Virus record (IMG/VR): IMGVR_UViG_3300037067_012889
Span: 1-64,000 of that record
DNA: 64,000 bases
Direction: 5' to 3' (one strand)
Source of the DNA: a virus
Lineage: Duplodnaviria > Caudoviricetes
A program made the translations under genes and the position numbers. Below are positions 38,961 through 48,651 of the stretch, piece after piece. Under the pieces are notes generated by a model, which was not told the origin of the DNA, searched no databases, and saw only the letters and a program-made list of their open reading frames with translations. Position 1 is the first letter of the stretch, and every line of letters begins with the position of its first letter.

Positions 38961-38971
38961 CGTGCTATAAA
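38961..38971 (+). promoter_or_regulatory. extended -10 promoter (CGTGCTATAAA), likely leaderless transcript for 38977
   Basis: TGn-TATAAA 5 nt before the ATG; motif recurs across the window. Confidence 0.65.
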
Positions 38972-39133
38972 ATAATATGACAATGATATATAAGAAAATG
39001 TCTGGTACAGAAGCTAACCAGCTAATTGATTGGGCTGAAAAACACAACGTAGATTGGGATATATGGAATGCTGGTCAAACACTTTCCAATCACAATATCC
39101 AATGGGAAGTTGGTTTGAATAGATGGCCAGAAG

Positions 39134-39180
39134 AAACCATCACAAAACCATCACAAAACCATCACAAAACCATCACAAAA
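39134..39180 (+). repeat. 4 x 11-bp tandem repeat AAACCATCACA
   Basis: Four perfect copies in the 3' end of ORF 38977..39192. Confidence 0.95.
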
Positions 39181-39422
39181 AGTCTAACATAACCATGCCA
39201 GAATATACGCTACACTCGCTATTCGACCCAGACTCGATGTGCTCAGATCCTCGCAATTTTGTCGATACGCCAACAAAAGATGGCCGGATGATTCGCACTA
39301 CATGCAGGGTGTGCGGATCATTTGTCGGATATAGACCGGTAGAAGTCATCAAAAAGACAAGAAAGCGTGTAGGAAAAACTACAAAAATGTTGGCGATCAT
39401 ATAGTCAATGTGCCATGCCAAC

Positions 39423-39496
39423 GCTCCCGTAGCTCAGTGGACAGTAGCAGCGAGCTTCTACCTCGCAGGTCGTCCGTTCGAATCGGACCGGGAGTA
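39423..39496 (+). tRNA. tRNA-Arg(TCT)
   Basis: Acceptor GCTCCCG/CGGGAGT, anticodon stem GCGAG/CTCGC with loop CTTCTAC, T loop TTCGAAT. Confidence 0.9.
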
Positions 39497-39533
39497 CTTG
39501 ATTAGACAGTAGTGTTCTAATCAAAATTATGTA

Positions 39534-40034
39534 ATGAAAAGCACATTTTTGATTTGTACACATTGTGGAAAGAAATTCATCAGCAACAAAGACCGTATAC
39601 CGAAAACACCATTTTGTTCTCAGAAATGCAGAATAATATGGCAGCAATCGCTAAGACGGCAACAAATAACTCATGGAGCCACGTCGCGATGTGCTAAATG
39701 CGGTGATACCAAACCAATAATAGAGTTCAATTCGAAAGGGAAAAGGATACAATCATATTGTAGGACTTGTTTGAGCACTTACCAGATGAGGCGATGGAAT
39801 AAGAAGAAACTATTAGCTATCGAATACCTGGGAGGAGTTTGCAAGTCTTGCGGGAAAGGCGGTCATCCGGCGACATTCACATTTCATCACCGGGACAATA
39901 AAGAATTCGAGTGGGCGAAGCTTAAACAGAAATCATGGGATAAGATTCAAAAAGAGCTTGACAAATGCGATTTACTGCATGGCGACTGTCATGTTATGTT
40001 GCATATTAAGCCGGAATTATGGAACGACCTTTAG
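39534..40034 (+). mobile_element. HNH-type homing endonuclease with zinc fingers
   Basis: CTHCG..FCSQKC, CAKC..CRTC, YLGGVCKSCG...FHH...KCDLL..DCH..LH. Confidence 0.8.
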
Positions 40035-40121
40035 GATCGGTGGCCGAGTGGTTATAAGGCGGTGGTCTTGAAAATCACTGTAGGTGAAAATCTACCGGGG
40101 GTTCGAATCCCTCCCGATCCG
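40034..40121 (+). tRNA. tRNA-Ser(TGA)
   Basis: Acceptor GGATCGG/CCGATCC, anticodon loop CTTGAAA, long variable arm, T loop TTCGAAT. Confidence 0.92.
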
Positions 40122-40808
40122 CTACGAATTTCACTGAGTATGTGAGAAAAGGATGGCTAATAGAAATCCACTGACAGATCCACGACGAGGAGATATTATC
40201 TCGGCCAATAATTGCGATATTGGCCGAGAAGTAAATCATGGCGACAACTTCAGGGTTGACTATAGCCCATGGAAGGGTGGAGGAGCAGAATATCACCCTG
40301 ATGGTACATGCTCACTTGAAACTTGGCGTCGTTGGTGTCGCGAGCACAAGGCAGCGGTAGTGAAGAAAGGTGAGTGAAATGGCTGATGCTCCGAAAACAC
40401 GCTTCAAAGTATTTTTTGATCGTATTGATACTCCCCATCACGAAGAAGCGATGAATAAGCTATTAGAGCGTGTTAACAATTGGGAGCTAGAAGGAAACAG
40501 GACTATTGTTGCATGGGAGTGGCGTCATATGTCCGAATCCGGGCTTCCAAGTCGCACCTATGTCGAAGTCGAAGTCATATATCGAGAAACATAAATGAAA
40601 CTTTCGCAAGCAATTAGGGAATTAACACAGATACAAAGCCGAGTTGGTGATATTGAATTCAAAATCATTATTCGAGGCGAGATCATAGAGCGAGACACAG
40701 AACAATGTTTCGCCACAGAAAATTTCCACATTGTAGCGGTCGCCAAGGATTTTTGTCCACCGGATTTGTTTGTCACGCCATTGCATTTAGATGCACTAGG
40801 AGAATTAA

Positions 40809-41207
40809 ATGATCAGTGTAGTGGACGAATTAGTTAATGCTCTCAAAGCCCAACATGTCGAAAGCACTGAATCTGGCGAATCAGATGATGCCATTGTACA
40901 AATCGCCAAAGAGCATGCTGAATGGATGGCTGCTAACAATAATCTGACGCACGACGGATTCGAAGATCGACAAGCAAAGGCTATTAGCGAGGTTTCTGAT
41001 GTCAGAAATTTTGCCGAAGTTGTTGCGATGAATGGCGAAGAGACAGCACAAGATGCCGCAGCCAGCATGGTTCAACAATGGCTACACAGCCGTCCGCACA
41101 GACTCATTATTAATGGCCACCATGATTTGTATGGGTACGCTATGGCCAAAAATGACTCCGGCAAATGGTACGCTTGTGGATTTTTGTGCGATGCGTTACC
41201 GGGATAA
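40809..41207 (+). CDS. CAP/SCP domain protein
   Basis: A..HA.WMA, LTH, AEVVA, WLHS.PH...I, WYAC. Confidence 0.85.
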   Translation: MISVVDELVNALKAQHVESTESGESDDAIVQIAKEHAEWMAANNNLTHDGFEDRQAKAISEVSDVRNFAEVVAMNGEETAQDAAASMVQQWLHSRPHRLIINGHHDLYGYAMAKNDSGKWYACGFLCDALPG

Positions 41208-41503
41208 GTGATATGGCTAAAAAATCAAAGACAAAGAAAACGACACCAAAGCTTCCATTTCTTGCGCCGCTGGAACAGAAGTTTTCATTCGACACCGAAG
41301 CAGTACTACTTATGGCGGCACTTGGCTTTGTCATAAGAAATGCGGTGCAAGACTCTGCTGTTGAGATGTCTAAAGATAAGATGTGCATCTCAAAATCCAC
41401 AGTGACTAAAGCCATCGAAGCTGTTGGTCTCGGTGACTGGATAGCGAAAATCGAAGAAAAAGTCGATATGAAATGCCATTGAGAGAATCAGACAGGGCTA
41501 AGC

Positions 41504-42388
41504 ATGAGCATAACAGTATCGATAATCGGCAGGAATGAAGAAGACAATATCAGTCGTTGTATCAAATCTGTATTGCCTATTGCCGATTTAGTTGTCTATG
41601 CCGACACTGGCAGCACAGATTCTACTGTAGGAATTGTAGAGTCTTTAGCTAATAAAACACATAAAATTACGATACGCCATATTACATTCGACGATTTCGC
41701 ACAAGCACGTAATGAAGCGAAGAAAGGCGTTCCTGGCGACTGGATCCTACAAATCGATGCCGACGAAACGCTAAACAATGCATCAAAATTGCATACACTT
41801 TGTGGGCCAGATGAGTTCAAAGAGGCATACCTATTTTCACAAGAGCATCTGATACTCGGCGGCAATAAGACGTCTGTCGTAATGCGCCTATTCAAAAACC
41901 GCGAGCATTATCAATATGTCGGCTGCATTCACGAGATGCCAGAAAACATCCAGGTCACTGGACCAGATAAAGCCATTGAGCCTTTTGCATTCATTCAAGG
42001 TATCTATTTTGCTCATTATGGCTGCGTCGATGAACAGTTACGACGCGCGAAAGTCTCAAATCGCAATCTCGAACTACTTATTAAAGATCTGCGTGTAAAT
42101 CCAGATAGATCATATAATAAGTATCTCATGATTCGAGATTACCTCAACATCTATAAATGGCGAACAGCGGCAAATGGCTTTCGATGCACATACAATTCAA
42201 TTGAACATCAACTACTTTGTGCAATTATCAGAGATCACGACCAATACAAGGATATCGTATTACCACGATATCAAGAGCTAGCTAGTGAAGTGTGTGCTAC
42301 GGCATATTCCCTATTAGCACAACAGGAAATGCAACTTATCGAGACTGATCTGCAACCGACTGCTCTATTATCTTTAGGATTGTCGTAA
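41504..42388 (+). CDS. glycosyltransferase family 2
   Basis: RNEE, DTGSTD, DFAQARN, IDADE, IHE, HYG. Confidence 0.9.
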   Translation: MSITVSIIGRNEEDNISRCIKSVLPIADLVVYADTGSTDSTVGIVESLANKTHKITIRHITFDDFAQARNEAKKGVPGDWILQIDADETLNNASKLHTLCGPDEFKEAYLFSQEHLILGGNKTSVVMRLFKNREHYQYVGCIHEMPENIQVTGPDKAIEPFAFIQGIYFAHYGCVDEQLRRAKVSNRNLELLIKDLRVNPDRSYNKYLMIRDYLNIYKWRTAANGFRCTYNSIEHQLLCAIIRDHDQYKDIVLPRYQELASEVCATAYSLLAQQEMQLIETDLQPTALLSLGLS

Positions 42389-43035
42389 TGCCGCCACCAA
42401 GAGTTACATGCTGCATTTGTGGGCAAGAAGTCAACAAAGCACAGACATTATATATCGGCGACGGTAAGAGAGCATGTCGTACACACGACGGAACAGTAGA
42501 GAAGAACAAGCTTGAAATCGATAAACTGAAACGAGAGAAAGAAGCTGAAATCAAGAAAGCTGCACAGAAAAAACAAAGAAAAGAATTTACTGCAAAACCA
42601 AAATGTGTTCTGTGTGGTCAAGTTGGAATGCTGCAAGAAGATTGGTATACTCGATTGATGATCGAGATGAAGAAATATGAACTAACGCACGGAAAACATA
42701 TTAATCCTTTCTCGGATGAAATAAAAAGAGCAGCCAATGTTCTTATTGGCATTCCTTGTCTTTTCTATGTAATGTGGCGTGGCAAAAACACACACATCAA
42801 GATACCTTTTGATGCGTACGAATTCGTCAAAATGCAACAGATGATGAATCCTGTCGCAGATCCTGTATTGCTAATCTGCCAAAACTGCGTCACCGAAAAG
42901 GGATTTACCACTTATTCGCAAGAACGCCAAGATAGTATGGGTGAGTTGTTTTTACATGCCGCCCAACTAATTCATGCTGTTGTGGTACCAGAGATTGAGA
43001 AAGCAGCGATACGTGAAATAACAGAGTCGAACTAG
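42388..43035 (+). CDS. zinc-finger hypothetical protein
   Basis: CCIC..C.TH, CVLC, CQNC. Confidence 0.65.
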   Translation: MPPPRVTCCICGQEVNKAQTLYIGDGKRACRTHDGTVEKNKLEIDKLKREKEAEIKKAAQKKQRKEFTAKPKCVLCGQVGMLQEDWYTRLMIEMKKYELTHGKHINPFSDEIKRAANVLIGIPCLFYVMWRGKNTHIKIPFDAYEFVKMQQMMNPVADPVLLICQNCVTEKGFTTYSQERQDSMGELFLHAAQLIHAVVVPEIEKAAIREITESN

Positions 43036-43043
43036 GTGCGGAT

Positions 43044-43787
43044 ATGAGAATCAAGTCGGACTTTCACGATTATTATGATTGTATTCAACGCTTTGGTCAG
43101 GATCGAAGTCTTCTATATGTTCGTAAGAAAGTTGATTTTCCACTTGAAACTGAATTAAAATCAAGAACGATACCATTTCTCGTTCCAGCGCTTGGATATG
43201 GATGCGGATATATTAGAGCTGGTGATCTGCCGAATAGCATGAGATTCTATGTTGTTGGCGTTGCCGGAAAGATATGGCCGGTATTCAAGCTTTCCTGGGA
43301 TTACGCTGAGAACGCAATGCCTTTCGAGACGTTCTGTTATAGTCTCGCAGACATTGATAAAATTATCGCAACTCGGTGCAATAAGAAAGCACAAGAAACA
43401 TTTCATGAAGTATCGCTCGGTCGCAAAAGCAGATATAGCATGAAAGTCAGACACGACGATTTTACCAATTTTTTCGATAAATGGCAAGAGAGGATTCAAC
43501 AAGAGCGAACAATGACCATGATGGGTATGCTTTTTCAGCAGTATCCAGTTTGGAATCTCGAAGCACGACGAAATAATTGGTATGTTTGTTATAATTGCCC
43601 ACTAAAGAATTTCAAATTCTTCAAAGTAATGGATCCAGCAACAGTATTTCAAGAAATCTCAATGTTCTTAGGAGGCATAGCAATACCGCAAAAAACAATC
43701 CCGGTCCCTTCTGATAAGGACATGGTCAGTATTAAAGGGTTTGACAAATTCAGCTTTCGCAAGGATAAGAAGAACAAGAAGAAATGA
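43044..43787 (+). CDS. conserved-looking phage hypothetical protein
   Basis: MRIKSDFHDYYD ... DP..VFQEISMFL ... KGFD..SFR. Confidence 0.75.
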   Translation: MRIKSDFHDYYDCIQRFGQDRSLLYVRKKVDFPLETELKSRTIPFLVPALGYGCGYIRAGDLPNSMRFYVVGVAGKIWPVFKLSWDYAENAMPFETFCYSLADIDKIIATRCNKKAQETFHEVSLGRKSRYSMKVRHDDFTNFFDKWQERIQQERTMTMMGMLFQQYPVWNLEARRNNWYVCYNCPLKNFKFFKVMDPATVFQEISMFLGGIAIPQKTIPVPSDKDMVSIKGFDKFSFRKDKKNKKK

Positions 43788-44152
43788 AAATCACAGAAAA
43801 GAATTTGCCAATTGCTCTTGCTTTATATCTGACACGCAGCGACGTAGAACAACACCTATGGAATAAGACAGCGACTTGGCGATTCATTAGTGGTGTCGAT
43901 AAACGACATCCACAACGAACAGCCGTCTGCACCTTTGCCGATGCCGTAGCAGCGTTCTTACTCAATGAAATCGGTGATTACTTCGGCGATTGGGTACCTT
44001 GTTCGATGGAACAAATCCCAAATTGCAATAACGGAAGAATAGTTGAAGTATTCGACACGGACATCAAACACCGAACCATCAATATCCTATCTAAGGAAGA
44101 ACTAGACATAATGGTCGCGGATGGGTTCGATCCCATCGGCTATAAGAAATAA
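43784..44152 (+). CDS. hypothetical protein
   Basis: ATGA-coupled ORF. Confidence 0.6.
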   Translation: MKITEKNLPIALALYLTRSDVEQHLWNKTATWRFISGVDKRHPQRTAVCTFADAVAAFLLNEIGDYFGDWVPCSMEQIPNCNNGRIVEVFDTDIKHRTINILSKEELDIMVADGFDPIGYKK

Positions 44153-44153
44153 C

Positions 44154-45158
44154 ATGAATTTAGATCAACTAAAAGCAATATTGGCGTCTCCAAAAACAGC
44201 TATGGACTTGTTTGGCGATGACCCAGACAAGACTTATCGTGAATGGGCTTTGATTTGCCATCCGGACCGTTTTGTAACTAGCACAGATGATGTAAAGGAA
44301 TACGCCAAAAATGTTTTCACGCTGCTTGAAAAACGCCGTGAAGAATTAAAGACGCCACCTACGATTTGGAAGTCCCCGGATTTCGAATATCATCTTGGAC
44401 CACAGATCGGAAGCGGCGAAGTTTCAAAGGTCTATCTCGCCACACAGAAGAAAGGCGGCGACTCAAAGCCGGTCGTTCTTAAAGTCGCTCACGTTAAAGA
44501 GGCGAACGAATACATCGAGAAAGAGGCCAAGATTCTCGCCGATATACGTGTTCAAGCCGGTGATCGGAAATATAGCGAATATGTGGCCAAACCGATCGAG
44601 CTTTTCACGCACGACGAGCTTCGAATTGCTGTCCAGCAGCACTATGATGGATACTACACCGTCAACGAGTACATGACGAAATATCCAAATGGCGTGGGCG
44701 GCAGGCATGTTGCGTGGATGTTCAATCGGACACTCACAATTCTCGGTTTCATACACGCTATCAATTACATGCATTGTGCCCCGATGCCGATGCATTTGCT
44801 GTTCAACAATGTCAATCGTGGCTGCAAGTTGATAAGTTGGGCTAGCTGCTGTCGTATGGAGCAGAAGCTTTCAGTCGTGCCGTTGTCCCACAAAACATGG
44901 TATCCGAAGCTGGAAATCACAAAACAGTACCCAGCAACACCAAGCCTTGATATCTATTTGGCGTCGAAAACGATGTTGGAAATGTGCAAACAACACAAGC
45001 CGGGCGAAGTTCCGTCGAAATTGATTGTGTTTTTGGAATCGTGCGTTAATCCGAAGCCACTACAAAGACCACAAGACGCTTGGAAATTATTAGACGAATG
45101 GAAACATCTGCTTAAGTTGGTCTATGGACCTCCACGATATGACGCTTTACCAATGTAA
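44154..45158 (+). CDS. J-domain (HPD) fused to protein-kinase-fold domain, probable pseudokinase
   Basis: YREWALICHPDRF; IGSGEVSKVY, VVLK, EKEAKIL; catalytic loop HCAPMPMH and ISW in place of HRD/DFG; DIY. Confidence 0.85.
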   Translation: MNLDQLKAILASPKTAMDLFGDDPDKTYREWALICHPDRFVTSTDDVKEYAKNVFTLLEKRREELKTPPTIWKSPDFEYHLGPQIGSGEVSKVYLATQKKGGDSKPVVLKVAHVKEANEYIEKEAKILADIRVQAGDRKYSEYVAKPIELFTHDELRIAVQQHYDGYYTVNEYMTKYPNGVGGRHVAWMFNRTLTILGFIHAINYMHCAPMPMHLLFNNVNRGCKLISWASCCRMEQKLSVVPLSHKTWYPKLEITKQYPATPSLDIYLASKTMLEMCKQHKPGEVPSKLIVFLESCVNPKPLQRPQDAWKLLDEWKHLLKLVYGPPRYDALPM

Positions 45159-45194
45159 CTAATCCGTGTTCCCCTAACCTATGGAGTGATTACT

Positions 45195-46175
45195 ATGGGT
45201 GGTACTAGATGGTCTGACGACCATTACAAAGATCGTGTTACAATGCGGGCCGCAACCGGCAAGCCTACTTTCGCCTATGATAGTGCGATGAGATCGGCAC
45301 CAGTCAGTGCCCGCAAAGTCCACGACAGCCTCAACCCGTTCGGCGTGAAATTCCGCGAAAGCCGCGACAGCGATGCCCATCCGACAAGCTTGGCTATCGG
45401 CGTTCTCTTCGACGAAACCGGCTCCATGGCACGAGTTCCGGTACAGTTCCAGACCGCATTGCCACAATTGATGGGTCTCCTGATGCGGAAGGGTGTCGTC
45501 GAGCATCCGCAAATCTTGATTGGTGCCTTCGGAGACGCCAGTGGTGGCGGCGAGCGTGCTCCGCTGCAAGTCGGTCAATTCGAATCCGGCATCGAGATCG
45601 AAGACTGCTTGACCAACATCTATCTGGAAGGCCAGGGCGGCGGTCAGAACACCGAGAGCTACGAGTTGGCTATGTACTTCATGGCTCGACATACGGCACT
45701 CGACTGCTTCGAGAAGCGGAACAAGAAGGGCTACCTCTTCTTGACCGGCGACGAGTTGTATTATCCGCAGGTGAAGGCCGAAGAAGTCAAGCGGCTTATC
45801 GGTGACACCCTGCAGGAGAACATCCCCGTCGAGACGATTATGGAAGAATTGCAGACGATGTATGACGTCTACTTCCTGATTCCACGTGGCACCAGCCATT
45901 ATGACGCGCCGTGGCTGCTGGAAGGCTGGCAGAAGCTTCTCGGGCAGCAAGTCTTGCGACTCGACGACCCCGATGCCATCAGCGAAGTCGTCGCGAGCAC
46001 GATCAGCCTCGCCGAGGGCTATGATCTCGATTCGGTTGGCCGTGGCCTTGATGAAGCCGGTGTTTCCAAGGACCGGCGTGCCTCAATCACCAAGGCCCTC
46101 GTGCCCTTGGCTGATTCGGCTGGTCGTAAGATCGTTAAAGGTTCCGTTTCTGGAACCGGGTTGGCGAAGATCTGA
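45195..46175 (+). CDS. vWA (MIDAS) domain protein
   Basis: FDETGSM, GQFE, GGGQ..ESY, FLTGDE; visibly GC-rich codon usage. Confidence 0.9.
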   Translation: MGGTRWSDDHYKDRVTMRAATGKPTFAYDSAMRSAPVSARKVHDSLNPFGVKFRESRDSDAHPTSLAIGVLFDETGSMARVPVQFQTALPQLMGLLMRKGVVEHPQILIGAFGDASGGGERAPLQVGQFESGIEIEDCLTNIYLEGQGGGQNTESYELAMYFMARHTALDCFEKRNKKGYLFLTGDELYYPQVKAEEVKRLIGDTLQENIPVETIMEELQTMYDVYFLIPRGTSHYDAPWLLEGWQKLLGQQVLRLDDPDAISEVVASTISLAEGYDLDSVGRGLDEAGVSKDRRASITKALVPLADSAGRKIVKGSVSGTGLAKI

Positions 46176-46194
46176 AGTAGATGAATATTACTTC

Positions 46195-46226
46195 ACGGGA
46201 GTGCCAATCAAAGTTGGCACTCCCGT
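46195..46226 (+). terminator. 13-bp stem-loop after the vWA gene (terminator or mRNA stabiliser)
   Basis: ACGGGAGTGCCAA / TTGGCACTCCCGT; no long U tract. Confidence 0.6.
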
Positions 46227-46252
46227 TCCATATAAAAGTAAGGATACGATAA

Positions 46253-47458
46253 GTGAGACGTGCTGTAATAACTGTCGGTCTTGGGTTTGGTGATGAAGCC
46301 AAGGGGGCCACATGTGATTATTTATGCAGAAGGCTTAAAGCCGATCTTGTCGTTCGCTATTGTGGTGGGTGCCAGGCTGCACACAATGTAGTATTGCCGG
46401 ATGGAACACACCACACTTTTAGCCAATTTGGTTCTGGAACTTTTTCTGGTGTCTCGACCTATCTAGGACCAGATGTGATTATTTCACCATTGGCAATGGT
46501 GAATGAAGCTAATCATCTAATTGACATCGGACTACGGAATCCGTGGGCCAGTTTGCGTGTTGATGAGCGATGCCTAATAGCAACACCATATCATCAATCT
46601 CTAAACAGATTCAGAGAACGAAATAGAGGTAATGAGTGTCACGGCTCTTGCGGTATGGGAGTTGGCGCGACACGAGAGCATGCTATATATTATAATGACG
46701 ATGCACTTAGAGTACAAGACTTAGCATCTTATAGTAATACTATAACAAAACTGAGAAAAATACAACAATGGGTCCATGAATCTGCAGGGCATCCAATAAC
46801 AGATCATATGGATTCATATAGCGTTTATGATCGTCTACATGATGCATCTTCTAAAATGCCTATCGTCAGAGAGATGCCAAGATTCAAAATGGCTATATTC
46901 GAGGGTGCTCAAGGTATTCTTCTTGACGAAAATCATGGTTGCCATCCCTATACTACTTGGTCAACAGTCACGCTAAAACACGCCATCGAATTGCTTCGAA
47001 ATACAGACATAGAAGTTAATGTTATGGGGTGTATTAGATCGTACATGACGCGGCATGGAGCTGGTCCGCTATCACTAGAGAACCCAAATTTGATCGGTGC
47101 CGCCGACGCTAGTAATCCGCCAAATGAATGGCAAGGACGTATGCGATATGCTCCGCTTGACTTAAATATTTTAAGTCACTCGAAAGAAGTTTTAGGTGGA
47201 AAGCTTCATAATGTTTCATTGAGTTGTTTAGATCATATCGACGGTTCAATTCCTGTAGTTGATAAAGATATCGAGCATGTAAGCTCAGTAGAGCTTATTA
47301 AAAAAATTGAAAGAGTATTAGCACCGGTCGCTATTACGGGGCGTGGGCCATGTTATACCGATCGCTGCATGGGGAGCTTGTCGTGGCATTCTTTAGAAGA
47401 AACAATCGAGGTGAATGATGGCCAAAGATTTACGGTCTGCAATAGCACAAGCACGTGA
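46253..47458 (+). CDS. adenylosuccinate synthetase-like paralogue (divergent PurA)
   Basis: GFGDEAKG, VRY.GG.QAAH, HGSCGMG, FEGAQG, HPYTT.S, Y.TRHGAGP, SCLD; aspartate loop reads NEWQGRMR. Confidence 0.9.
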   Translation: MRRAVITVGLGFGDEAKGATCDYLCRRLKADLVVRYCGGCQAAHNVVLPDGTHHTFSQFGSGTFSGVSTYLGPDVIISPLAMVNEANHLIDIGLRNPWASLRVDERCLIATPYHQSLNRFRERNRGNECHGSCGMGVGATREHAIYYNDDALRVQDLASYSNTITKLRKIQQWVHESAGHPITDHMDSYSVYDRLHDASSKMPIVREMPRFKMAIFEGAQGILLDENHGCHPYTTWSTVTLKHAIELLRNTDIEVNVMGCIRSYMTRHGAGPLSLENPNLIGAADASNPPNEWQGRMRYAPLDLNILSHSKEVLGGKLHNVSLSCLDHIDGSIPVVDKDIEHVSSVELIKKIERVLAPVAITGRGPCYTDRCMGSLSWHSLEETIEVNDGQRFTVCNSTST

Positions 47459-47646
47459 TGTATGGCTCGATTCAGACGAAGGGCGTCGATGTTGTGAAGG
47501 AACTGCAACAGGTACATATCTCCGAAATCGAATTGAAACTGCATTTGTCGCAGGTGCTACGATAAGAGAGAGCCAAATCGAAGCTAAAATTGTCGAAGCA
47601 CAGGCGAATTTGGCCGCAGCTGTCGAAGCATTAAAAGTCATCTAAA

Positions 47647-47820
47647 ATGCGAAGTCTCAGATACGAGCAACATTGTAAGGATGCTAAGACGGCAATAGAT
47701 GCCTTATTTGCTGATCGTTCAGTAGAACAACATCAGACGCTTTGTGCATTACAAGATTTACAAGACCACATCTGTATCCTGATCGACGCTATCAAATCCG
47801 ATCTGAATAGCAAAGACTAG
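47647..47820 (+). CDS. small helical hypothetical protein (57 aa, not in track)
   Basis: Hand translation MRSLRYEQHCKDAK...DLNSKD. Confidence 0.55.
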   Translation: MRSLRYEQHCKDAKTAIDALFADRSVEQHQTLCALQDLQDHICILIDAIKSDLNSKD

Positions 47821-47822
47821 AT

Positions 47823-48126
47823 ATGAGACTTCGAACAGCCATCAAAATTCAGAGGATGTATGAAGAACCCATAACTAAATGGCCGATTACGATATAAGGG
47901 TATTAGATGGCCATATAACATAAAGCAATATACAAAATCTGCTACTATTTGCAAGCGGCATCTGATGGATAGTAGGGTCCCATATATTCCATCAAATCGC
48001 GAACTTGAAGAACGAGCCGAAATACAAATATGTTTATTAGCAGACCTGCTTATCGATGAACCAGAATGCGAAGAATTTAAAGAACAGGCATTGCTGGAAC
48101 TTGAACGCGGCAGAATTAAAAAATGA
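47823..48126 (+). pseudogene. frameshifted hypothetical gene
   Basis: Frame stops at 47897; the +1 frame is open from about 47875 to 48126. Confidence 0.45.
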
Positions 48127-48160
48127 TGAGATTCGTGCTAACATAACATGGAGGACAATT

Positions 48161-48583
48161 ATGCTATTAGAACAAGCTTTTCCAAAAGGCACCAGGGGCG
48201 CAGAGCGTGGGAAATATTTTCCGCCAAAAGGAACTCTCGGCGATGATTTTTATGCCCTAAAGGACAGTGGGTGTATTCAGGCTGAGAATGATTCGCTCAA
48301 AAGCATGTTCAGTGTGGTGATGAGCATGACCCTGCGCAATCCGTGCAACGGCTGCCCAGTCTGGGATAGGAAAGGACCAGGATGCGTAGCTTTTCAGAAG
48401 CACCACTCAGCCTATCTTCATTGGAAGAAAGAGCATGATGCTGAAATCGCCTACAACACGACTCCCCAAAATGCCCCGAGTGGACACAAGTTCGAAGGCA
48501 TGAATATGAAGAAAATCGCTAGCGAGCTTGGTATTAGCCTAGGAGAAGCACGACGCCGCAAATCGGCGGGCACATTGTTCTAA
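48161..48583 (+). CDS. Cys-motif protein with C-terminal HTH
   Basis: GGAGG SD; PCNGCP; MKKIASELGISLGEARRRK. Confidence 0.65.
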   Translation: MLLEQAFPKGTRGAERGKYFPPKGTLGDDFYALKDSGCIQAENDSLKSMFSVVMSMTLRNPCNGCPVWDRKGPGCVAFQKHHSAYLHWKKEHDAEIAYNTTPQNAPSGHKFEGMNMKKIASELGISLGEARRRKSAGTLF

Positions 48584-48651
48584 TCGTAGAGGAACAAATG
48601 GAGCCAAGCGAAATCAAGCAAGGCGTAACCACCATATAGGAATAGAAAGAA

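Noticed and set aside
44154-45158. Active Ser/Thr kinase
   Set aside because: The HRD and DFG aspartates are absent, so it is reported as a probable pseudokinase
45174-45950. 258-aa antisense ORF over the vWA gene (and similar shadow ORFs such as 54432..55016 and 24076..24489)
   Set aside because: By-products of codon bias on the coding strand; no motifs or RBS
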